64,000 nucleotides of DNA from Lama glama. Taxonomy: Eukaryota. Positions within the stretch are counted from its first letter, which is position 1; every line of letters begins with the position of its first letter. Location of the stretch: the NCBI GenBank assembly GCA_028534125.1, contig CM052818.1, forward strand, positions 23,810,001 to 23,874,000. The letters are read 5' to 3'. The notes beneath the pieces were generated by a model that saw only the letters and a program-made list of their open reading frames with translations, was not told where the DNA came from and did not search any database. Positions 1 through 11,271 of the stretch are shown in pieces. Both the position numbers and the translations under genes were made by a program.

Positions 1-661
1 AGCACTTTTATTCAATATAGTACTGGAAGTACTAGCCAGTGCAATTAGGCTAGTAAAAGAAATAAAAGGCATCTCAAATGAAAAAGAAGAAGTAAAACTG
101 TCTCTGCATATAAGATGATATATGATCTTATATGTGGAAAATTCAAAAGACTATACCAAAAAAAAAACCAGATAGAATTTATCAATGAATATAGAAAAGT
201 TGCAGGATACAAAATCAACATATAGAAATTAGTTGCATTTCTATACCCTAAAAATAGAGTATCTGAAAAAGAAATAAAACTATTCCATTCACAGTAGCAT
301 CAAAATACTAAAATACTTAGGAATAAATTTAACCAAAAAGTTAAATATCTTTACACTGCAAACTATAAAACACTAATAAAAGACACTGAAGAAGGCACAA
401 ATGAAAGTTATCTCATGTTCATAATTTGGAAACATTAATATTGGTAAAATGTCATACTCCCCAAAGTCATCTTTAGATTTACTGCAATCTCTATCAAATT
501 TCAAATGGAATTACTTCAAATCTAGAACAAATTAAAATTTATTAGGGATCACAAAAGCAACAGCCAAAGCAATCCCAAGAAAGAAAAACAAACCAAGAGG
601 GATCACACTTCCTAATTCCAAACTATACTACAAAGATATAGTAATTAAAAGACTCTGGTAC
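1..661 (+). mobile_element. LINE-1 ORF2 fragment (RT region), decayed, older host element
   Basis: Translates to L1 RT-like [29 protein letters not shown] with frameshifts and stops; runs off the window start. Confidence 0.93.
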
Positions 662-2960
662 GAGAAGGGGGTCAGGATGGTGGCAGAGAACTCATCTCCC
701 CACACAAATGTATCAAAAATACATCTACATGTGGAACTTTTCTCATGGAAATTTAACTGCAAAGAGGCAGAATTCCTATACAACCAAACTGCAATAAAGA
801 TCTCCACATAACTGGGTAGCATGGGAAAACATAGCATCAGGAAAGGGCCTGTGCCCCAGGGAGGAATCTATCAAGAAGGGAAGGCCTGCATGGGCAGATC
901 TTTGCCATGGGGAGTAAGCAGGCTGAACCACGATCTGGGCATTCCAGACCTTGGGTCCTGCATAGAGGAATCAAGGCCCCTTTCCTGCTAGGAACACTGC
1001 TGAGACAGACAGAAAGGCTAGAGAGGCCCGGACTCTACTCCTGAGGTGTATAGCCTAACTGGCTTGCCAATAATCAGGGTAGAGAGAGCCTTGCACTGGA
1101 GGCTGCCACCTCGCTGCACTTTCCAATCTGAAGGGGCAAACACCCTGGCCCTGCTCATTCTACACCCCAGCCTGGCATGATATCTGGGCAAAGACTCAGT
1201 CTAGCCATGAAGAGACAGACCAGTGTGCCTGGGATGTGATCCAGATAAAGCCACAAAGGCCACTGTCAGCATGCTCATGGGGTGGCACCACAAGAGCACG
1301 CAGTGGCTAAGCACTGAATCCCAGGCAGACAGGCCCTGGAAGAGAACTCACCTAGCTATGGACGGAAAGCCTGAGGGCCTGGGGTGTGGTCTGGACAAGG
1401 CAGAAATCTCAACTGTCAGCACGTTCAGGGGTACACAGCCTTCATCTTCCAGCAAGAGTGCCCCAGCTCTACCCACGACACACTTCAGCTTAGCACAAGA
1501 GCTGGAGCACACGAGTCCAGAGATGAGACTGCCACAGAGGCAGCACAAATCTCAGGTAGTGGCATAGCCGCCTCAGATCCTGCAGCCACAATGTCCCGAC
1601 CCCCAGCCATATCCTACACCACACCACTGCACAGCATCAGATCTGGGATGAGCACAACAGAGAAAAGCATGCAAGCTTGGGCTGTTTCTGAGTGGAATCT
1701 CAAACATCTACATGGGAGATACATAGGTCATCTGTGACTGAAAAGGCCTCACCTGCTCTGAGAGACGGCATCCACTCAAGGGCAATGGAGCCTGAATGAA
1801 CCCAACGCCCAGAGACATAAGGATGGTTCAACATGTGCAAATCAATGTGATATACCACATCAACAAAACAAAGGACAAAAATCACATGATCATCTCAATA
1901 GATGCAGAAAAAGCATTTGATAAAATTCAATACCCATTTATGATAAAAACTCTTACCAAAGTGGGTATAGAGGGAACATGTCTCAACATAATAAAAGCTA
2001 TTTATGACAAACCCACTCAATGGTGAAAAACTAAAAGCCTTCCCATCAAAATCTGGAACAAGGCAAGGATGCCCACTCTCACCACTTCTATTCAACATAG
2101 TCTTGAAATTCCTAGCCACAGCAATCAGGCAAGAAAAAGAAAATAGATTCAAATTGGAAGAGAAGTAAATTTTCACTATATGCAGATAACATGATACTAT
2201 ATATAGAAAACCCTAAAAGCTCCACACAAAAACTACTAGAGCTGATAAAAGAATTCGGCGAAGTAGCAGGATACAAGATTAACATACAAAAATCAGATGC
2301 ATTCCTTTAGGCTAACAATGAATTAGCAGGAAAAGAAAGTAAAGAAATAATCCCTTTTAAAATCAAATTAAAAAACATAAAATACTTAGGAATAAATCTG
2401 ACCAAGGAGGTGAAAGACTTATATGCAGAGAACTATAAAACATTAATTAAGGAAATTAAAGATGACTTAAAGAAATGGAAAGATATCCCATGCTCTTGGA
2501 TTGGAAGAATCAGTATTGTTAAAATGACCACACTGCCCAAGGCAATCTACAGATTTAATGTGATCTCTATCAAAATACCCATGACATTTTTCACAGAACT
2601 AGAACAAACAATCCTAAATTTATATGGAACCACACAAGGCCCAGAATTGTGAAAGAAATTCTGAAGAAAAAGAACAAAGCTGGAGGTATAACCTCTCCAG
2701 ATTTCAGACTATACTACAAAGGTATATGAATCAAAACAGTGTGATTTTTGGCATGAAAAAAACCCTATAGATCAATAGAACAGAATAGAGAGACCAGTAA
2801 CAAACCCACACACTTATGGTCAAATCAATCTATGGCAAAGGAGGCAAGAACATACACTGGAGAAGAGACAGTCTCTCCAACAAGTGGTGTTGGGAAAGCT
2901 GGACAGCTACATGTAAATCAATGAAACTAGCATGCCCCCTCACACAGTACACAAAATACA
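662..2960 (+). mobile_element. LINE-1 inserted in the above: 5'UTR (662-~1810) fused to ORF2 RT/C-terminal part (~1811-2960)
   Basis: Starts with an L1-type 5' end (GGGGTCAGGATGGTGGCAGAG..TCTCCCCACACAAATGTATCAAAAATACATCTACATGTGGAAC) and a GC-richer UTR. ORF2 peptides follow: [37 protein letters not shown] and [33 protein letters not shown]. Confidence 0.88.
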
Positions 2961-3283
2961 CTACATCAAACTAAAAAGCTTCTGCACAGCAACAGAAACC
3001 ATCAACAAAATGAAAAACAAAAAACCCCTACCAAGTAGTAAAAAATATCTGCAAACTACGTATCTGATAAGGTGTTAATGCTCAAAATGTGTAAGGAATG
3101 CAAACTCAATAGCAAGAAATCCCCAAATAATCCAACTTTGAAAATGAGCAATTAGACGTTTCTCCAAAGAAGATATCCAAGTGGCTAACCAGAACATAAA
3201 AAGGTGCTCAGTGTCACTGATCATCAGGGAAATGCAAACCAAAACCACAGATGTCACCTCACACTTGTTAGAATGGTTATTAC

Positions 3284-3316
<33 letters not shown>

Positions 3317-3375
3317 CAGGAAATAACAAGTGCTGGTAATGATGTGGAAACAACAACAAAAAGAACCCTTGTGCC
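2961..3375 (+). mobile_element. LINE-1 ORF2 3' portion, more diverged, 3'-truncated; contains A30 tract (3285-3314)
   Basis: CTACATCAAACTAAAAAGCTTCTGCACAGC and GGAAATGCAAACCAAAACCACA motifs; ends at GAACCCTTGTGC with no 3'UTR. Confidence 0.85.
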
Positions 3376-3689
3376 CTGATGATATCCCAGTTTTCAGTCC
3401 CTGCTCTTTGAGTCTCTTATTCTTAAAAAAAAATTCTATTTTTATTGCCCCTTTTTCTGATACCCAAAGAACTTTGACTGGGACACACTTCAAGGGTGAA
3501 ATTAGAAAGTCTACCCTTCAACCTATCTATTTTCTGAGAGTATATAGTTATTCTTCATAGCACAACTTCATGGAGACCCTCTAAAAGTGATTTTTATTTA
3601 TGCATATTCTATAGAAAGTGTTATTATGTACATTCCTATAGTCACTGTCACTCCTAGGTACTTAATCTCATAGTTCTTCCATACCTCTT

Positions 3690-3885
3690 GTCTTGCTCTA
3701 TTTTTGCCATACAATTTATCACCTCCCAATGTTCTACACATTACTATTATTATTTCCTGTCTCCTCTTGCTAAAATTCAAGCTCCATAAAGACTAATTTT
3801 TATCTGTTTTATTCCACAGATATATTTCAAGCACTAAAAATATACCTAGTAAATGTAGGGTCTCAGCATCCATTTTTCATATAAA
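3690..3885 (+). mobile_element. L2 3' end remnant
   Basis: CAAGCTCCATAAAGAC..TCTGTTTTATTCCAC..AGCACTAAAAATATACCTAG..GTAGGGTCTCAG resembles the L2 3' terminus. Confidence 0.6.
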
Positions 3886-5294
3886 TATAAATAAAATCTT
3901 GTTTAATGTAATGGTACACAGTCTCCTCCTTTTCTCTTTCTCCTTTGTATTCCATTATCTTCTTTGCAAACTCTAGTGCTGTTTTTTTTTTTTTTTGCAA
4001 TTTTCACTGTACTCCATTTTTTTAGATGACAGAAGTAATGCTTACTTATCTAACATACAGACACGTTTGACTACTCTCCATATCCTTTATTTTTTAAAAA
4101 CGTATTCCTTATGGATTATTTTCTTCTATTATCTCAAGTAAACTAGAGTAAACACACAGAAGTATAACTCAAAATTTTTCAAGGAGCTTTTACCCTCTGA
4201 GAAGGCGCTGCATATATGAAACATGTTAATGATCATACTGATGAAGCAGATGCGTAACATTCATATTCTGTTGGCGTCAAAAATATTTTTTTTTGCCAGA
4301 AACTGAACCATAGCACTTTGCATTTCCTGTCACCTCCAAAGTGCCCACTATAAAATTTGCGTGTTTGTGCTGTTCAGTGGGAGCTGGTAGATCTGTTATA
4401 TTTAAACCTTCACGGCTTTAGTAATGAAATAAATGGTCTCCTAAAGAACTGAAAGAATAAATTCTCTCTAGGTTCTTACCTCACTATCATGGAGGAACTT
4501 GGGCTCTAAGAAAGCACAGTCCGATACTTGCATATCCTTAAAGATTCAACAACCAAGATGGGATATCAGACTATTGCTTCTGACACTTTCGACTGAACCC
4601 TAAACCATGTTTCATGGGTTGATGGAAATCAGAATCAACTTTTATCTACAGGAAAATAGTATTTTTATAGCTACTCACAATCCTCCCTGTAAAACTGTCA
4701 ATTTTACAAATGCTGCTGGCAACAGAAACGTAAGTTGCAATGTCTCATAATAATCCTAAGTGCTATGCAATAAAAACAAATATCCAAGGCCTGTTCTTTA
4801 CTGAGACTATTATTTCCTGATTCACACCGACATCAGGCTAGTTGCTAATATTCTTATTCATTACATTTGTGTTCTTTTCCTTATCTGATCACATCCTTGC
4901 CTCCTATAAAGATGTTAAGAACATCCATCCTCATGATCATTAGCGTATCAATGACACAGTCAATGTGACCCCAGGGAACAGCGTGCAGGAGCATCTGCCT
5001 CTCTCTTTTATGTTCATTTAATTACAAATCCCCCCCAACGCCCACACAAGTGTACCCCACAAACAGTATTCCTCAAAGAGTAAACACACTAAGTATGGTG
5101 GTCCATGCCACCAGTCAGTAAGTACTTTCCCTTTATGGAATAGTCTCAGTTTTAAAGGATGTTCATAATATTAGTCTTAGAATATTCTTCATGGAAATGA
5201 TACTCATAGGGCTATTCCACCCATTATGAAAGTAGGAATAAGGCTATGAATTACTTAGGCTATTTACCCCCATGGGGTATCAGATGAGCAGTAT

Positions 5295-5490
5295 AAATAA
5301 ATTCTGGAGCCAGACTTCCCGGGTTCAGGTCACAGCTCTGACACTGACTAGCTTTGGGACATAAGGCAGGTTACTTAACCTTCAGGGTTTTTTCATCTGC
5401 ATAAACCAACCTCTAGGAATGACTGTGATGATTAGGTATGTTATTGTCTGTAAAGATCTTAACAAAACTGCTGGCATCGTGTAAGTGTAA
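5295..5490 (+). mobile_element. MIR SINE
   Basis: TCTGGAGCCAGAC..GGGTTCAGG..GCTCTGACACTGACTAGCT..GGCAGGTTACTTAACC..TTTCATCTG core. Confidence 0.8.
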
Positions 5491-7779
5491 GGTGCTGTTA
5501 TGTATAGAGCCTCAAGTGATGGGGTGTTTTAGGAAAAAGGTGATGGTGGCTTGCGGTGTTCCTTCAGGTCTTACTTTCCCTACAGCTTAGCAAACTGCAC
5601 CTAGGGAACTGGAAATGCTAAATCTATCAGCAAAGACCAGGAAAGGGCCAAGTTTATTTGTAGTGTTACCTTATAGAAATTAAAAGTTTGAGTTTGTAAC
5701 ACTGCAAAACTTTAAAAATTTCTAAGACTTGTAGACAGTAAACATTTTATGTACTGAAGAAGATAGAGAGAAATGTATTGCTTGTCTATTAGTTTTACAC
5801 ATGAAAGTCAAGTTGACATTTTAAAATCAGTGATATGGCAGGTGCAGAACTTCTCAGTGCCTCCATTTGTAATTCAATCCTCCTCTGCATTTAGGCTGTT
5901 ACAAAGCAAGATGGAGTCCAAGACACAGGATTTTTGCAAGACAACCGTGTACTGCACAGATGTGTGATACCAACAGAGTGGAGGATTTACCAAAAGATAC
6001 GCTTTTAAAAAAAACCCAAGAAAGGTATAAGCTTTAACTACAACACCATCTGGCTCCCTAAACTGTACTGAGTATCTTTTGTAAAAATTTCTTTCCTTAG
6101 ATTTTATTCATATACTTTCAACAAGAAAATCGTGTATAATTTCTCCCTTTTTAAAGAACTTGTAAAAACGATATATACTTGATATTAAAAAAATCAATCA
6201 TGCAGGCAGAGTCAACAGAAAACAGTACCACACCACCCTGAAGGAAGTGCCATTTGCACTTCGTATAGATGGTCCCAGGCATGCTGATACGCTAAGGACA
6301 GAGATGAACATGAGAAAGAAGAAAGCAGCACAAATACAGGTTCAGATGACAGCATTATTTAAAAAAGAGATATTTGATTATTAGCCTTATATTTAGGTGA
6401 AGAGAAGAAACTGAAATGAAACTAAAATTTTGGTGACTGTCAAATAGTTTCTTCACCATAGACACCTTTTCTAAATATCAGTCTAGTGTTACATGAAATT
6501 AGCATGAAAATATTGGAGTCCTTAAAAACTGGTTCTCTAGATGGGTTAAACACTCAGCCCCATCCTTTCCTCCAGAATTCTTCTATTCCTGAGCATCTTA
6601 TATAGATTCAGATCTTTTTTCATGTTCCATTTTTTATGTAACAATTTTACTGGCTAAGAATGACCTCTATTGTCTTCTCACAGTTCTGCTTTACTTAATA
6701 TCTTTCTGTCTCCTTTAGAGATGAAGGGCAGCTGAGCGAATATGGCCTTCTTGGGCTGCCCTGTAGACATTATTTCTGGAATCGTGGGTTATTGGTAAGA
6801 AATCTGAGACCACTTTGACTTCCCCTTCTATGTGATGTGCTCTTCTACCTGGGTGCGCATGTTTTACTTCATCCTTGAAATTAAGGGACGAAGGACCTTG
6901 TTATGACCTTTACCAAAACATCTTCAGCACCCCTCCTAGCTTCGCAGCTCTATTTAACTCTTAGTTCTCCTTTGCTTTTATAATTATTTTTTGTAATGTT
7001 TCTCCCCCTCCTCAAATCTTCCACTCCTCTTCAGCCTGTTACTGCTCCTGTTTTCAGACAGAGACGTATCCAAATCATGTGCTCGGCACGTCTGTGTGAT
7101 AAGGAATGTTCACTGGACTGTATTTTGTGTTTCTGGATGTAAGTATGGATTTTCTGTTCATGTAACTGTATGAGGGACTTCTCAGTGAAAAAGTGTTGAG
7201 AGACAAGTGATCAATACAAAAATATTAGAAGCCATGTATTTGCTAAATAAAAATAATAAATAATTGTCAGAAACGCATGCTATAGAAAATAGACTTAGGC
7301 TGAAGAACATCATTTGTCAAACCTAACCTCACTGAGAACATCTCTCCTCCTGCAACCCTCCTCGCCAATGTCACTTCTGCTATTTTGAGAATTTGTGGTT
7401 ATCTCTCAGGTCTCTTTGTCAGTTTACCACAAAGGGCAAATCGGTCTTTTACTGTCATTCATCTGTCTCAGGATTTTAGCCTCCCTGTTCTCTAGAGAGA
7501 ATTAGCTTCTTTTTCATAGACAAGATGACAGTTCACATCTTTTGTAATCTGGGGGCTCAACAACAGGCCAATAGGACAGTCAAGAGTACAGTCATTTGAA
7601 CTTCCAAAGGCGACAGATAAAATGAAGGTTCTTAGGGGAAAAAATCTGTCTATCCTCTTTATATTATTACTATTGTTTTCCCCATTCTTCAGACAAAAAG
7701 TTTTGGTTTTAAAGTAAAAACATTTTTAAAACAGGAACTTGCAGAAGTTATACATCAAATTAAAAGGCTCTATTCACAA

Positions 7780-8085
7780 AATTAGCAAACAACATGTGAT
7801 TGGGACCATTACAAAAAAATCTGATTCCCTACACAGCATATGTCTTACTGACTGCTAAATATTTATGGTAGGTTATACACAGAGCAGTTCCCATCAAGGA
7901 CCCTAGGGTAACACAAAAAACAGTAATACACAAGTGTCCAAGTGAAGCATAGAATATTCTCTAGTAGCTTCAAGAGGAAGAGCTGACTCTTTCTTGAAGG
8001 AATCAAGGAAGGTTTTATCAAACACTTGATAGATGGAGAGAGGGAGGTAGAATCAGAGACTAACAGAAGTAAAGGCATGGAGGCC
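7780..8085 (-). mobile_element. L2 fragment
   Basis: GGAATCAAGGAAGGTTTTA..AGTAAAGGCATGGAGG is typical of antisense L2. Confidence 0.45.
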
Positions 8086-9994
8086 GGCTATTACGATGGA
8101 AGTGTTTTCCCTCCACAGAAAATGTCCTATCTAATGACAGCTGTGACCCTTAAAGGTTTTTAAAGGTTGTACAGTAATTGCATACACATCAGTAGTTTTG
8201 TAAGTCTTTTTGGTAACAAGTAATATGAAATGGAATTATAGTTGATATTGTATTTCTTACCAGGTCACTGATTTATAGAAAAGGTCAAAATTAGCCATGG
8301 ACTGAACAGTAGAACAGGTGAAGTTTATGATCAGAGTTCCCCCAGGCACTCATCTTTTATGACTACCCCTGCACGTGCGCATGCGCACACACACGCTTGC
8401 CCTACTATCCTAAACTTTCAGGTGATTTTTCCATTAACTTTGTTTCCCGCCACCCCACAACTCATTCCCATGTCTCCAAATACAGTGACACTCTTCAAGA
8501 GGTATCCCTCTATAATTTCACTATATTCCAAAAGCTAGTTTTTAAGCTTCCTGTGACTTCATTTTTGCTATAGTCCTAGTGCCTGTATCACAGAATACTC
8601 AATGAATATTGCCAAATGAATAGCAGATAGATTGTCATAGGGCAGCCCCATATGGCAAACAGAAGATTAATTATCATGTCCACTTTGTACATAAGTTTGT
8701 GGAGATAGAGAGGTTCTAATTCTCTAACCTGTGCTCATTCAGCATGAGACGTTGCTTTTAATCAAACAATGATTAATGGTGGCAGTTACAGAGTAGATGG
8801 AGGAACAAAATAATGATAGTTTAGGCACATAGAACCATGACCAGGAGTACTTGCCCCTAAATCTCTTTAATAGAACAGGTGTCTTTAGGTTCAAGTCACC
8901 TTCCTTCTGCTGAATCTCCTTGCTTCAACTCTAGTTTTTTGAACTGTATGATTAACAGAAGAGGCTGGTTTGGTAGAGAGAGAGAATATACAAACATTGC
9001 ACAATGTAGAATTCACCTTCCTTGCATTTGGTCTAAGGATGTTTCCTTACCCCATTAATAGTTGTTAATATTATGTATACTATATGCATGTTACATCATG
9101 TTATTAATTGCATATATTACTCATTATCAATATCATTGATAATTATCAACTATATATTATAATACATAATATTGTACATATGCATACATTATATTTATTA
9201 ATATTAACAGTTAATAGTCATAATGTGCAAATATTTACTCCAGGGAACAACCGGTTTTCAAACAAACTCATTTTCTTTGCACTTAAGGAGAAATTTAAAA
9301 GCAGATTCTATTGAAGGAGCTATTGAATGTGGAGCCTGTCTGCTGTAGATATTTTCCTCTTGATATTGCAAGTGAAAACGTTTATGCATACACAACTCAG
9401 GGTTGGCTTCCAGGCAGAGTGGTGGAGTGCCTGCAACAGAGATCTCCCTGCACAGAGCAGATCTTTGGCAGAGGCAAGAAAATGAGCTGTCTCCCAGAAA
9501 TTGTGCTGGTCATACAGATAGATCCTACTTCTACTCTAGGTTCAGAAACCCATCGGAGCTTATCAGTAAGGTGAAGGCAAGGAGGAATGATAATGGGATG
9601 GGATCAAGGAGAAAGACAAAGGGATGGGAGGGTTTTAAGTTGATGTAGAACCATCAAAACTAAAGACTGGCAGTAAACAGTATTTTATGTTATTTTTGGA
9701 CAAATATGTTTGAGCAATACCAAATATAGGATAATATTTATTTCTAAGCAGGAAGATAGGAAGGTAAAAGGGATAGCTACACAGAAGTAAACTTGTAAAT
9801 TTTATTGCTGAAACTTGGTGGTACCCAGGTGTTTGTTGTTTTACTATCAAATTTTATATATCTAGATATTTCATAGAAGAAACTGATGGCTGTCCTTTGA
9901 TTCACGAGATTTCATAAGACAGCAGTATTCCAAGTGGGTGATGCAAGTACGTAAGGGTATGCAAAAACATGCTATATAACCACAGATTTGGAAA

Positions 9995-10360
9995 ATTGAG
10001 ATATAATTCATATACTATAAAAGTCACCCTTTTAAACTGTACATTTCAGTAATCTTTAGTATATTCACAAGGTTGTACAACCATCACCGCTATCCAATTT
10101 CAAAACATTTTTATCACCTCAAAACAGTAAACCACAAACCTGTACCCATGGTCAGTCACTGCTCATTACACATTCTCCTGCCCCAGGAAATCATGAAGCT
10201 ACTCCCTACGCCTCTGCATCTGCCTCTTTTTCACACTTCATATACACGGACTCTGTAATATTCAGCATTTAGTGATTGGCTTACTTCATTCTACCTAATG
10301 TTTTGAAAGTTCATCCATGTTGTGCCATGTATCAGCGCTCCATTTCTTTTTATGGCTGAT
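9995..10360 (-). mobile_element. LINE-1 3'UTR (L1MB-like)
   Basis: TTGAGATATAATTCATATAC..CAAGGTTGTACAACCATCACC..AAGTTCATCCATGTTGTGCCATGTATCAG. Confidence 0.85.
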
Positions 10361-11271
10361 TAACCAGAGCCTTCATGTCTATTTGTTCTCTATTATAAAC
10401 TTACCTGCCTGAGCAAGTGTGTGCTCTTGGTTGAATCATGCTGGTTCTCATTCACCTACCTTTTACAACTGCCCCCTTTTTTTTCCTGTGCCGTCAAGGC
10501 TCTAGGGTTACCTCTCAAACAATTTGACTCTTACTTACTCCAGGTAACTTACTCCAGGTGAACAGTCCTAAAAGACAACGTAACGTACACCACTACCTAT
10601 TCACCTCAAGAAGAAATGTATTCCAACGTAATTTTTCTTTTTATGTTTAATATGTGTTCATCAAATATTCAAGCTTTGGTGTTTTACGTTAATAATAATT
10701 GGAATGAGAATTCGACTGAGAAAAAATGTTAGCACACAAATCCATGTGGTCATAGGAAAGTAATTAAGTTTTCCAATTATATACAGTTTTATTGTGGAGA
10801 AGAATGACAGGGTGATTACTAAAATACTTTCAAGCATAAAATTATATTACATTAGTATAAAATTCTATTGAAGTAGAGTGAAAGTACAAATTCATGTGGA
10901 AAGGGAGCAATGTAAAATTTTTAATAGTAAAGAAGAGAATTTGTTCATTTTAAGTGGTTTATGTTAGTAGCAAATTGCTGTAGTATTAGTACACCATTGG
11001 AAATATATAAAGAAATGATACATGTTAATCAGTTTTATTTTAAATGTCAAATTTTACAATGTTATAAATCACATCTTTTCTAATTGTTTAAGATCAGATG
11101 GATTTTCAAAAATCTAGATGTAAACTAAAGTGTGTACAAAATATGACAGTAGTAAAATACAAATATATTATTAATCAAAATACAATAAAGAGACTAAAAT
11201 TTCCAGATAAAAGACAAAACATAAAATAGTAAAAAGAAATTTTGGATATGTATAAACTTTTTTATAGTTTT

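Noticed and set aside
1223..1737. 114- and 117-aa ORFs
   Set aside because: They lie in the GC-richer L1 5'UTR and show no recognisable protein features.
4235..4310. C/D-box snoRNA (TGATGA..CTGA)
   Set aside because: No terminal stem or recognisable rRNA antisense element; contains a T-run.
10360..11170. Possible hAT-Charlie-type DNA transposon remnant
   Set aside because: Could not identify termini or family motifs with confidence.
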